Positions 9,687 to 18,825 are shown, counted from the first letter of the stretch. The stretch: 64,000 nt of DNA from Acidimicrobiales bacterium (GCA_965204655.1 OZ241998.1:224464-288463); one strand, 5' to 3'. The notes: generated from the sequence alone by a model not told the origin. Numbers and translations are program-made.

Positions 9687-10820
9687 ATGACATTGCTCAG
9701 TGACGTGGTCGCGTCGATACCTAGTCCGGGCGTGGGGGAACTTCGCCTGGGGCCGCTGAACCTGAGGCTCTACGGCCTGATGGTGGCGCTCGGGGTGATC
9801 GCCGCCGTCTACTTGGCGGGGCGGCTTCTGCGTCACCGCGGGTTGAGTGCGGATCTGATCGTCAATGTTGCGGTCATCGGCGTTCCGATGGGATTGATAG
9901 GCGCCCGCGTCTATCACGTGATTACCGACTGGAAGCTCTACCGGGGGGAGAACTGGGTGGACATCTTCAAGATCTGGGAGGGCGGCCTGGGCATCCCCGG
10001 GGCGATCGCCGGGGGCTTTCTGGGCGGACTGATAGCAATCCGCCTGCGCAAGTTGCCGATGAGGCCCATCGTGGATGCGTCGGCGGCGGCATTTCCCTTG
10101 GGGCAGGCGATCGGGCGCCTGGGGAACTACTTCAACCAGGAACTCTTCGGACGCCCGACCGACTTGCCCTGGGGCTTGGAGATTGATGAGGAGCGTCGCC
10201 CGCCGCAGTACAGAGACGTGGAGACATTTCATCCCACCTTCGCCTATGAGGGGCTCTGGAACCTGGGGGCGTGCGCTGTTTTGGTGTGGGTTTTTCGGCG
10301 GCGTTTGCTGCCTTCCGGGCACATGTTCGTCCTCTACCTCGCTCTCTACTCGGCTGGACGGCTTTGGGTGGAGGCGCTGAGGGCCGACCCGGCTAGCTTG
10401 ATTCTGGGCTTGCGGGTGAACATCTGGGTGATGGGTGTGGTGCTGATTCTGTCGCTGGCGTTTCTCCTGACGTTTACACGGAAGGCGCGCAAGGAGGAGG
10501 CTGAGGGCGGGGGACCAGCCGAGGAGGCTGATGCGGCTGGTGGTGCTGCCGGGGCGGCCGGGGAGGCTGAGGATGATGGCGAGGCTGAGGCGGCTGGGGA
10601 CGAGGGCACCGGGGCTGAGGGGGAGACTGGAGCCGAACAGCCAGCCGGAGAGAGGGAGGCGACCGGGAGCGACGATGGGGACGGTGACCCCGAGGAGAGT
10701 ACGGATGCTGCCCCAGGTGAGGATGTCGGAGATCCCGGCGGCGATGACGCCGATGCGCCTGCCGTGGAGGAGTCGGCAACGGATGAGACCGTGGAGGAGT
10801 CGGCGGCAACGGATGAATGA
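9687..10820 (+). CDS. lgt: Prolipoprotein diacylglyceryl transferase with an acidic E/A/G/D-rich C-terminal extension of about 100 aa
   Basis: Lgt signature region (GARVYHV, NYFNQELFGRPTDLPWGLEI) and multiple TM helices. Confidence 0.85.
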   Translation: MTLLSDVVASIPSPGVGELRLGPLNLRLYGLMVALGVIAAVYLAGRLLRHRGLSADLIVNVAVIGVPMGLIGARVYHVITDWKLYRGENWVDIFKIWEGGLGIPGAIAGGFLGGLIAIRLRKLPMRPIVDASAAAFPLGQAIGRLGNYFNQELFGRPTDLPWGLEIDEERRPPQYRDVETFHPTFAYEGLWNLGACAVLVWVFRRRLLPSGHMFVLYLALYSAGRLWVEALRADPASLILGLRVNIWVMGVVLILSLAFLLTFTRKARKEEAEGGGPAEEADAAGGAAGAAGEAEDDGEAEAAGDEGTGAEGETGAEQPAGEREATGSDDGDGDPEESTDAAPGEDVGDPGGDDADAPAVEESATDETVEESAATDE

Positions 10821-11382
10821 GCCGTTCGCACGTCCCAGCCCGTCCCGCGTAGAGCGCAGCTTTGCCTTTGTAGACCTGTCGGGGTTCACTCGATACACCG
10901 AGAACCGAGGAGATCGCGAAGCGGTGGCCATCCTGGCCGATTTCAGAAACGTCCTGAGGTCGGTGGCGGCAGCCCACGGGGTGCTCATCGCCAAGTGGCT
11001 AGGGGACGGGGCGATGCTCGTCGGGGTGGAGAGCGAACCCTTGATGGAAGCGGTCGTGCACTCCGAGCAGATCATCCTCAATCGCCTGCCCCTCCGTCTG
11101 CGGGCGGGCATGGCGGCTGGGGACGTCATCCTCTTTGAAGGCGACGATCACATAGGCCACACGGTCAACTTGGCGGCTCAGTTGTGCCGCTTGTCCGACC
11201 CCGGCCAACTGCTGGCGCCTGCGGAGATGGTTTCTTCCCTGATGGTCAACCTTTCATTTGCTCCTCTTGGCAAGCTTCAGGTGCCTGGCTTTGAGCGTCC
11301 GGTGGAGGTCATCAACTTGAGTTCGGAGAACGCCGACGTGGATGTCAGGGAGTACGAAGCCGCTAGAGTATCAGGCGCATAA
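10813..11382 (+). CDS. Stand-alone class III adenylate/guanylate cyclase catalytic-domain protein. Its start overlaps the lgt stop (ATGAATGA).
   Basis: FAFVDLSGFTRYTE, WLGDGAMLV and HIGHTVNLAAQLC are characteristic of the CHD cyclase fold. The longer ORF from 10531 was rejected because it overlaps lgt. Confidence 0.7.
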   Translation: MNEPFARPSPSRVERSFAFVDLSGFTRYTENRGDREAVAILADFRNVLRSVAAAHGVLIAKWLGDGAMLVGVESEPLMEAVVHSEQIILNRLPLRLRAGMAAGDVILFEGDDHIGHTVNLAAQLCRLSDPGQLLAPAEMVSSLMVNLSFAPLGKLQVPGFERPVEVINLSSENADVDVREYEAARVSGA

Positions 11383-11553
11383 AGAGTGTCTCGGCCAACT
11401 CGAGCGGCCGAGCCGGCAACCTGGGGCGGACACCCAAGGTGCCAACCCGTTTTCGGGGATGTGGCTTGGCCGTAGGCCGAGCAAGCAAGTGTCCGTGTGG
11501 GCAGGCTGGCGAGCCGCCACTCTTGGTTGCCTCTATCGAGGGAGATATCTCAC
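11382..11553 (+). ncRNA. Putative SAM riboswitch (SAM-I/SAM-IV-like core) leader of metX, with an SD-sequestering hairpin
   Basis: GCCGGCAACC...AAGGUGCCAACCCG core. 7-bp P1 (AAGAGUG 11382-11388 / CACUCUU about 11517-11523). Internal hairpins. CCUCuaucGAGGGAG over the SD 9 nt before a GTG start. Confidence 0.4.
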
Positions 11554-12759
11554 GTGTCAGCACCAAGTTCGCGTCCGCCGGCCGACCCGGCGGCTCGGAA
11601 ACACCCTTCCGACCTGCCGGCTAGCGGCGCCTGGAAGGCCGGGGACGCGCCCGGCGCCCGTCGCTTCTACGAATGGGACACAGGACGCCCCTTCTTGCTG
11701 GAAGCGGGAGGCTCTTTGAGCGGCCTGGTCGCGGCGTATGAGACCTGGGGAGAACTAGCTCCCGACGGGGGCAACGCCGTGCTGATCTGCCACGCACTCA
11801 CCGGCGACTCCCATGTGTGCTCTTCTCCAGAGGTTCCGGGGTCTCCCGAAGGCTGGTGGGAGGAGATGGTGGGACCGGGCAGGTACATCGACACGGATCG
11901 CTACTTCGTGGTCTGCAGCAACGTGCTGGGGGGATGCCAGGGGACGACCGGCCCCGCTTCGGTGGATCCGTCCACTGGCAGGCCGCGGGGTGCGGGCTTT
12001 CCTTCGGTCACCATCCGGGACATGGTCAGGGTGCAAAAACGCCTGAGCGATCACTTAGGGGTGAGAGAGTGGTTGTGCGTGATTGGAGGATCGATGGGCG
12101 GTATGCAGGTTCTGGAGTGGGGGGTGATGTTTCCCGAGCGCGTGCGATCCTTGGCACCTCTGGCTGTGGGTTGCTCGGCCAGCCCCTGGCAGATCGCCTG
12201 GAGCAAGGTGGAGCGTGCGGCCATCCTCGCGGATCCTGCTTGGCGCGGGGGTGACTACTACGATGCCCCGGCGGGCAAGGGGCCGCACGAAGGGCTGGCC
12301 ATAGCCCGGGCCGTCGCTCAGATTACCTACCGCAGCGATGCCTTGTTTCAAGAGCGTTGGGGGCGCAAGTTGGTGGAACCGGGTAAGGAGTTCGGTCTCC
12401 TAGACCGCTATTCGGTAGAGAGCTACCTGGACTATCACGGGGAGAAGTTGGTCAAGCGGTTTGACGCCAATTCTTACTTGTTGTTGAACAAGGCGATGGA
12501 TAGCCACGACCTCGGCAGGGGGCGCGGCGGTCTCAAGCGGGGCGTTGCCATGCTGTCTGCGCCCGTGCTGACGGTGGCCATCAGTTCTGATGTGCTCTAT
12601 CCGCCGCGTCAACAGAAGGAGTTGCGCGACGCAGTGCGTGCGGCGGGCGGCGAGTGTGAGTACGTCTTCGTTTCTAGTCTGGACGGCCATGACGGGTTCC
12701 TGCTGGAGACCGAGGCCGTGGGCGGCGCGCTGGCGGGTTTCCTGAATCGGATCGAGTAG
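11554..12759 (+). CDS. metX: Homoserine O-acetyltransferase (alpha/beta hydrolase). A GTG start at 11554 is proposed; the ORF is open from 11497.
   Basis: MetX blocks: GGSMGGMQVLEW nucleophile elbow, CHALTGDSH, and HDGFL near the C-terminus. Confidence 0.85.
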   Translation: MSAPSSRPPADPAARKHPSDLPASGAWKAGDAPGARRFYEWDTGRPFLLEAGGSLSGLVAAYETWGELAPDGGNAVLICHALTGDSHVCSSPEVPGSPEGWWEEMVGPGRYIDTDRYFVVCSNVLGGCQGTTGPASVDPSTGRPRGAGFPSVTIRDMVRVQKRLSDHLGVREWLCVIGGSMGGMQVLEWGVMFPERVRSLAPLAVGCSASPWQIAWSKVERAAILADPAWRGGDYYDAPAGKGPHEGLAIARAVAQITYRSDALFQERWGRKLVEPGKEFGLLDRYSVESYLDYHGEKLVKRFDANSYLLLNKAMDSHDLGRGRGGLKRGVAMLSAPVLTVAISSDVLYPPRQQKELRDAVRAAGGECEYVFVSSLDGHDGFLLETEAVGGALAGFLNRIE

Positions 12760-12847
12760 AAGAGCCGGACTTAAGAGCCGGACGCAAGGGGCGCCCGAGC
12801 GCCCTAGATGGCCGGGGAGACAGAGAACGGCTAGACTACAAAATCCT

Positions 12848-12921
12848 GCGGGCGTAGCTCAGTTGGTAGAGCGCCACCTTGCCAAGGTGAAGGTCGCCGG
12901 TTCGAGCCCGGTCGCCCGCTC
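12848..12921 (+). tRNA. tRNA-Gly (anticodon GCC)
   Basis: Cloverleaf: acceptor GCGGGCG/CGCCCGC, D-arm GCTCAGTTGGTAGAGC, anticodon loop cuUGCCaa, T-arm GGTTCGAGCCC. Confidence 0.85.
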
Positions 12922-12967
12922 GGAATTTCGTTCGTAGTAGGGAACTTGCTAGAGTTTTCTCGATTCG

Positions 12968-13042
12968 GCATCGGTGCCCGAGCGGACTAAGGGAGCGGCC
13001 TGCAAAGCCGTCTTTTCGCGGGTTCAAATCCCGCCCGATGCT
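12968..13042 (+). tRNA. tRNA-Cys (anticodon GCA)
   Basis: Acceptor GCATCGG/CCGATGC with U73 discriminator, anticodon loop cuGCAaa, T-arm GCGGGTTCAAATCCCGC. Confidence 0.8.
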
Positions 13043-13109
13043 CTAGAGACATGCCCCCCCAGTCGCACCCCGGGTCGCAGGCCGGGGGATGGGGGCTATC
13101 CTGTTGGTG

Positions 13110-13183
13110 GGGCCGTTAGCTCAGGTGGCCAGAGCACTTGCATGACGCGCAAGGGGTCGGGGGTTCAAGTCCCTCACGGCCCA
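13110..13183 (+). tRNA. tRNA-Val (anticodon GAC)
   Basis: Acceptor GGGCCGT/ACGGCCC, D-arm GCTCAGGTGGCCAGAGC, anticodon loop auGACgc, T-arm GGGGGTTCAAGTCCCTC. Confidence 0.8.
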
Positions 13184-13200
13184 CAATCATTTAAAGGGGG

Positions 13201-13596
13201 TCAGCCCCCGATGTTGCCGGCGATGCGGCCGGCTATCTCTTCATTACTTTTCAGCGCCAGATTTTGGTGGCGGCATATGTCCACAATCGTTCCGATGAAG
13301 AGAAAGCCGATGGTGATTACGTAAAGTAGCCCCAGTCCGACTTGTCCTAAGTAAAACCTTCCCCAGCCCGCTAAACCTAGGAGACCTATAGCGGTCAGGA
13401 GTACAAGAATGAGAGGGTCTTTGCGCTGCGTTTGGTAGTGAGACGCAAAAGAACTTGCTGCTTGTTCCGGCATCGGTTCGAGCAATCCCTGTAATTGATG
13501 AAGTTCCTGCCTACGGAGTTGCGGCATGTGTTTACGCGCATCAGCCATCTCATGCTCCTTTTGAATGCGACTAGCTTTCAGCCAACCATAACACAC
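13201..13596 (-). CDS. TM2-domain small membrane protein, first gene of the lower-GC insertion after tRNA-Val
   Basis: GWGRFYLG motif and two TM helices typical of TM2 (PF05154-like) domains. GC clearly lower than the flanks. Confidence 0.55.
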   Translation of the reverse strand: MCYGWLKASRIQKEHEMADARKHMPQLRRQELHQLQGLLEPMPEQAASSFASHYQTQRKDPLILVLLTAIGLLGLAGWGRFYLGQVGLGLLYVITIGFLFIGTIVDICRHQNLALKSNEEIAGRIAGNIGG

Positions 13597-13753
13597 GCAA
13601 GACTTTGGACGTGCGGCTTCGGGATGCTTGCAACTTCTGTGCCGCTAGGAGGAACGCGTCCCTAGCGGTTTTGGCTGCCTGCTGCCGCTTCGTTTACTCT
13701 TTAAGAATGCGCCGAGTTGTGGGTCGGCATAACCCAACGAAGGGACTGAGTGC

Positions 13754-15382
13754 ATGTCCGCATTGATCGGGAAGCGCCTGGAGTCTCTCTGGTGGCAGCT
13801 GCAGGGCAAGAAGCCCCACATGCCCCATTTCCTGTCGGAAATCCGCCTGCAGGGCATCCGCAGCATTGAGGATATCCGAGTGCGATTTGAGTATCCGGTC
13901 AGCGTCATTGCGGGCGTCAACGCCAGCGGCAAGTCCACGGTGCTATTCGCGGCTGCTTGTGCGTATAAGGTGCCGGGGGCAACTCTCAGAGATTTCGCTC
14001 CTTCAACTCTGTTTCCCGATTACCAGCCCAAGGTGGGGGCACGCGGTGACAGGAGGCGCGAAAATGTATTTGAGTTTGACTACTCAACGCCCCAAGGCCG
14101 ATTATCAATGCGGTGGAGGCGCGCCAAGAGTTGGAACCGCAGTTTCTTCGGGCGTCCTGATGCTACGCAGCCGGAACGTCCGGTCTATCTGAGGACGCTC
14201 AGCAACCTCAGCAACCCGGCCGAGGTTCGCGGAGTGTTGGGCATGTCTCGCTTGCGCTCCGCACCGGCTCAGACGCCCCTGGATGCAACTCAGCTCGAGT
14301 TTGCCCAGCAGATGCTCCCGTTCAGATACTCGGAGGTTGTGGATCTCGTTTGCGACGACAATAGTTTGCTGTTTGCGTCTCCAGAGACCGCCTATGCCAA
14401 TGCCGATGCGGATTTTAGTGACGTACTCGGCAAGAGTTTGTTGTTTGCGTCCCAAGAGAGCGGGGCGGAGTATTCGGAACTTCACATGGCTTCCGGCGAG
14501 CGTGTCCTGCTTCGGCTCTCGCAGGAGATCGCCCAACTCGACGGGGCTCTTGTGCTCATTGACGAGGTGGAAGCCAGCCTTCATCCCTGGGTGCAGCAAC
14601 TTCTTATGCAGCATCTTCAACAACTGGCGCTTCGCCGTAATCTGCAGATAATCGTGACTACCCACAGCCATGTCGTGCTTGATTCGGTGCCCGCAATGGG
14701 TCGCATCTTCTTGGATCTCGACGAGGCGGGCAAGGTCAAGGTGCTCCCACCCCATCGTGACTTGGTTCAAGACGCCCTTTACGGACTTGCAAAAGACACG
14801 CTCAACCTGCTTTGCGAGGACGAAACCGCAGAAGGCATCCTGCAAGGCTTGCTTGAGCATCTTCTCCCGCGGGAAGGAATCCCGCTGGGGTCGGTGAGAG
14901 TAGGGCGGAACACGGGCGCCGACGAGTTCCCGACTCACGCCAAGGCGTTCGGGAAGTTTGACTTGTTGTCGAACTTCGTGTTTGTTTTAGATGGAGACAA
15001 GCGCGACAGCGCCGTGGAACGGAAGATACGTGCGGCAGATGAGAGGCTCAAGGTGCTCTTCCTTCCTGGCAACGACGCCCCGGAGGTCTGGGTGTGGGGC
15101 GTTCTGAAGCAGCGCTGCCGCGAGTGCGCGGAGGAATTGAAACTTGCGCCTGAGCAACTTTCTAGACACCTCGGCCGCCTCGACTCGGTATTCAACTTGG
15201 CCTCCGATACACCCTCCGCAATCGCCAAGAGCAAGCTTCGCAGTCTTGGGGAGGCGCTAAGTGTGGATGCCAGCCACATTTGTCGTGCGACAGCCCGGTT
15301 GGAAGCGGCGAGGAGGGGGAGCAGTATTCAACCTTTGCTTGAGGGTCTCGGAGATGAACTCGCAAAGTGGCGCTCCTCTTGA
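13754..15382 (+). CDS. OLD-family / AAA_21-type ABC ATPase fused to a TOPRIM-like nuclease domain (ATP-dependent endonuclease-like defence protein)
   Basis: Walker A GVNASGKST. Walker B plus OLD signature LVLIDEVEASLHP. C-terminal TOPRIM-like Glu (LLCEDETAEGIL) and DxD (FVLDGDKRD). Confidence 0.7.
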   Translation: MSALIGKRLESLWWQLQGKKPHMPHFLSEIRLQGIRSIEDIRVRFEYPVSVIAGVNASGKSTVLFAAACAYKVPGATLRDFAPSTLFPDYQPKVGARGDRRRENVFEFDYSTPQGRLSMRWRRAKSWNRSFFGRPDATQPERPVYLRTLSNLSNPAEVRGVLGMSRLRSAPAQTPLDATQLEFAQQMLPFRYSEVVDLVCDDNSLLFASPETAYANADADFSDVLGKSLLFASQESGAEYSELHMASGERVLLRLSQEIAQLDGALVLIDEVEASLHPWVQQLLMQHLQQLALRRNLQIIVTTHSHVVLDSVPAMGRIFLDLDEAGKVKVLPPHRDLVQDALYGLAKDTLNLLCEDETAEGILQGLLEHLLPREGIPLGSVRVGRNTGADEFPTHAKAFGKFDLLSNFVFVLDGDKRDSAVERKIRAADERLKVLFLPGNDAPEVWVWGVLKQRCRECAEELKLAPEQLSRHLGRLDSVFNLASDTPSAIAKSKLRSLGEALSVDASHICRATARLEAARRGSSIQPLLEGLGDELAKWRSS

Positions 15383-15758
15383 GAATGCAAGTGGGGGGAG
15401 CCAGAGACGAAACGGCAAGCGGCGAGGGAAAGCAAGCGAAAGCCAGAAAGGCAGACGCAGACGAAGCAGCCTGAGATGAGTGGGCGAAGAAGTAATTACC
15501 TTCCTTAGGGATAGGGTGCAAGGGCGCTTGCGGATAGGGTGAATGCGCTCCTAGCGGCAACCCCGCGAGATTCTCGGTATCGACCTATTGAGGGGATACC
15601 CGCTTCCTTTGACGGCTGTTTGTGGAGTGCCGTCGTTGCTCAATGGGCAAGGCACAGACACGCCTCCGCTTGGCTGCTTGCTCTCCGTCGGACTCGTTAG
15701 TTCCCTCACATAGTGAAGTTCCCCCGCATAGTGACTGCACGGCAGGAAAGGGTGACCG

Positions 15759-16496
15759 ATGATCGAAAAACACAGCGTAGAAGTCGGGGAGTTGACCATC
15801 GAATACAAGCTTGTACGCAGCGAGCGGCGCAAGAAGACCATCTCAGTAAGCGTGGACAGGACAGGGGTGCTGGTGAGAGCGCCCGTCATTACGTCGGACG
15901 AGGAGATCCGCGACTTGGTGATCGGGCGCGCCCGATGGATCGCCGAACGCCTAGCGATTGCTGCCGAGGCGCCTGCGCCGAAACGGCTGGTCAGTGGTGA
16001 GACGCTTCCCTATCTAGGGCGCGATCACTATCTGGAGATACAGCATCACGACCTTCAGGCATCAAAGATCTGGCTTGAAGACGGGCGGATTTGTGTTCGG
16101 ATGCCCCCCGATGGGACGGATGAAGACCGATACGAACGCACTCGCTTGACGATCATGGAGTGGTACAAGGCGCAAGCAGCGGTTCTTTTAACCGACAAGG
16201 TCGCCGAGTGGCTGGGGAGGATGCCTGAGCGCTGGGAAGGCCCCCCGCTCAGGGTGCTAATCCGAAATCAGAAGCGGCGGTGGGGGAGCTGCGCCCTCGA
16301 CGGCACGCTGCGTTTCAACTGGCGCCTGATGATGCTGGATCAGGAACTCATCGACTACGTGGTCGTCCACGAACTAGCCCATCTGAGCATCAAGAACCAC
16401 TCTAAGTATTACTGGTGGCAGGTTGCCCAGGTGTTACCCGATTTTAAAGACCGCCGTTCACGGCTGCGGAAGATGGAGATAGGGCTTCCTTTGTAG
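15759..16496 (+). CDS. DUF45/YgjP-like zinc metallohydrolase (HExxH)
   Basis: RWGSC and the VVHELAHLSIKNHSKYYW motif diagnostic of the YgjP (PF01863) family. Confidence 0.75.
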   Translation: MIEKHSVEVGELTIEYKLVRSERRKKTISVSVDRTGVLVRAPVITSDEEIRDLVIGRARWIAERLAIAAEAPAPKRLVSGETLPYLGRDHYLEIQHHDLQASKIWLEDGRICVRMPPDGTDEDRYERTRLTIMEWYKAQAAVLLTDKVAEWLGRMPERWEGPPLRVLIRNQKRRWGSCALDGTLRFNWRLMMLDQELIDYVVVHELAHLSIKNHSKYYWWQVAQVLPDFKDRRSRLRKMEIGLPL

Positions 16497-16829
16497 AGAC
16501 TTGCTTGCGAGGAATCCTGTGTACCCGCTCGCTCGGCGTGTTGAAACGGACTTGTGGCGTTATGCTAAACCGACGCTTGGCTCCCGTTTCTTAGCTTCCT
16601 TCGGCGTTCAATAACTCCGGCGACTAGTCGGCCGCACGTCGGTTCAAAAACAGACCGACGCACGCAGGAAGCGAACGCGGCAGCCAGGACTGCTTGAACG
16701 TGCAAGCCCGCGCGAAAGAGACGGGCTCGCCTGAGCAGAGCGCTCGTCTGGTAGATTGGGTGCGTCCCTAATTCGGCGACAAGGAAAGTCCTACGGCAAG
16801 AGCATGAGAAAGCAACCCGGCAGGGTCTG

Positions 16830-17873
16830 ATGGCACGAGCACTCAACAAAGTCTCAGGTCTGCTAGCCCGCGATATCGCAGTGGATCTGGGTACGTCCAC
16901 CACTGTCGTCTACATTCGTTCTGCGGGCGTCGTCCTTGAGGAACCTAGCGTGGCGGCGGTTCACGCCAACACCGGTCGGCTGCTTGCGGTGGGCCGTTCC
17001 GCCAAGGAAATGATCGGGCGCACGCCTTCGGGTATCAGGGCAGTTAGACCGCTGAGGGGCGGCACTATCTCCGACTTCAGCGTCTGTGAGAAGATGCTGC
17101 GCTACTTCATCAGGAAGGTGCACAACGGACGCCCAGTCAAACCTCGGATGGTTATTTGTGCTCCCTCGGGAATTACTCCGGTGGAACAGCGAGCTGTTCA
17201 GGAGGTGGCAGAGTACGCGGGCGCCCGCAAGCCGGTCTTCATCATTGAGGAACCCCTGGCTGCAGCCATAGGGGCGGGTATCCGCATCGCCGCAGCGAGA
17301 GGAAGCATGGTCGTTGACATCGGCGGAGGCACGACCGAGATTGCCATCATCTCCTTGGGCGGCATCGTCGTTTCACGCTCCTTCAAGATGGCAGGCGACG
17401 CCTTGGACCGTTCGCTCATAGAGTTCGTAGACAAGGAATACGGCCTCGACATCGGAGAACAGACCGCCGAGGTAGTCAAGACTAAATACAGTTCGGCTTG
17501 GCCGCTGACCGAGGAATTGAACTGCGACATTCTCGGACGCGACACGCGCACCGGCCTGCCGAAGACCGTGACAATTCCCACGACCGAGTTCAGGCAGGCC
17601 ATTCTGAGTCCTCTTAATGAAATCGCTGCAGCCATCCGTACGACGCTCGACGAATCTCCTCCGGAACTAGTAGCAGACATCATGGAGAGCGGAATTCACC
17701 TTGCCGGCGGCGGTTCGCTCTTGATGGGAATGACTGAGTTCTTGACCTCAGAGGTGGGCATTGCCTTCCATTTGGTTAAGAATCCTCGTTACGCAGTTGC
17801 GGTCGGGTCTGGACATTCTCTTGAGGAGTTCTCCACTCTGAAGAGCGTGCTGCTTTCTTCCCTTTCCGAATAA
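16830..17873 (+). CDS. mreB: Rod shape-determining protein MreB (actin-like ATPase)
   Basis: DLGTSTT phosphate-1 motif, DIGGGTTE and the ASKH fold. Followed by mreC and mreD. Confidence 0.9.
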   Translation: MARALNKVSGLLARDIAVDLGTSTTVVYIRSAGVVLEEPSVAAVHANTGRLLAVGRSAKEMIGRTPSGIRAVRPLRGGTISDFSVCEKMLRYFIRKVHNGRPVKPRMVICAPSGITPVEQRAVQEVAEYAGARKPVFIIEEPLAAAIGAGIRIAAARGSMVVDIGGGTTEIAIISLGGIVVSRSFKMAGDALDRSLIEFVDKEYGLDIGEQTAEVVKTKYSSAWPLTEELNCDILGRDTRTGLPKTVTIPTTEFRQAILSPLNEIAAAIRTTLDESPPELVADIMESGIHLAGGGSLLMGMTEFLTSEVGIAFHLVKNPRYAVAVGSGHSLEEFSTLKSVLLSSLSE

Positions 17874-17912
17874 CTTCGGAAAGCCCGGGCGCGGGCGTTT
17901 CGCAACGACGCC

Positions 17913-18737
17913 GTGGCAAACCGCACAGGGGTAACTCGCCTTAAACTCGTAGCTCTCATTCTCTTCCCGATCACGCTCGTGAGTCTGGACGTGAACGATT
18001 TCGCTCCGCTCGAGTGGGGCAAGGATGTTGTGCGTGACGCTCTCTCGCCGGCGATCTCGGGGTTGGGACGCATCACCCGTCCTGTCACCGACGCCTGGAA
18101 GGCCGTCGGTAACTACGACGAACTAGAGAGACAGAACGAGCAACTCAGAGAAGAGTTGGAGGAACTGAGGGGCGCGGAACTCGAGGAGGTGAGCGCCTCG
18201 GTGACGCTGCGGCAGGTGCTCGAAGAGTTGGAGATCACTTACCTGAAGGACATCCCCACCGCCAAGGCGCGGGTCATTCGTCAACTCGGCAACTTTCCTA
18301 GTCTCAACGTAGACATAGACAAGGGATCGTCCTTCGGCATAGAGGTGGGCATGCCCGCCGTCACCAGCGCAGGGCTGGTCGGACGCGTGGTGGAGGTCTC
18401 TCGCACCCAGTCCCGGATACGTCTGATAACGGATTCCGACTTTGAGTTGGGAGTCCGGATAGTGGGTTTCGACACGGTGGCGGTGGCGAAAGGGAGCGGA
18501 GCGGGTCGGACGTTGGTGGTAGGCGACGGCATTCCGCTGTCGCTGCCGGTTGAGCCGGGGATGCTCGTGACGACCAGCGGTATAGAGAACAGCGTGTATC
18601 CCCCAGACATTCCCGTGGGCGTGGTGCAGGACGTGCAGGTGGATCCCAATCTGGATCAGGTGCTCTACCTTCAGCCGACTGCTTCTTTGGATGTGCTCAA
18701 TTTCGTTACGGTTCTCTTATATGAGAACGCTTTGTAA
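17913..18737 (+). CDS. mreC: Rod shape-determining protein MreC
   Basis: N-terminal TM segment, coiled coil (LREELEELRG), C-terminal beta domains. Position after mreB. Confidence 0.75.
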   Translation: MANRTGVTRLKLVALILFPITLVSLDVNDFAPLEWGKDVVRDALSPAISGLGRITRPVTDAWKAVGNYDELERQNEQLREELEELRGAELEEVSASVTLRQVLEELEITYLKDIPTAKARVIRQLGNFPSLNVDIDKGSSFGIEVGMPAVTSAGLVGRVVEVSRTQSRIRLITDSDFELGVRIVGFDTVAVAKGSGAGRTLVVGDGIPLSLPVEPGMLVTTSGIENSVYPPDIPVGVVQDVQVDPNLDQVLYLQPTASLDVLNFVTVLLYENAL

Positions 18738-18825
18738 CTGCGTTCCTCGGAGCGGGGACTTAAGAAGCTTGTTGAGCGGCCTCTGTTTAGCCAGGGAACT
18801 AGAAAAGCTAGGAAAGAACTGAGCA

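Noticed and set aside
10531-10812. Long N-terminal extension of the cyclase ORF (a 283-aa version)
   Set aside because: It overlaps the lgt C-terminal tail in another frame and is Arg-rich junk. The ATG at 10813 overlapping the lgt stop gives a clean cyclase domain start.
16497-16830. Direct repeat of the tRNA-Val 3' end (attL/attR) marking the island end
   Set aside because: No copy of the tRNA-Val 3' segment (TTCAAGTCCCTCACGGCCCA) was found downstream of the island. No integrase gene is present, so the integration mechanism is not evident.
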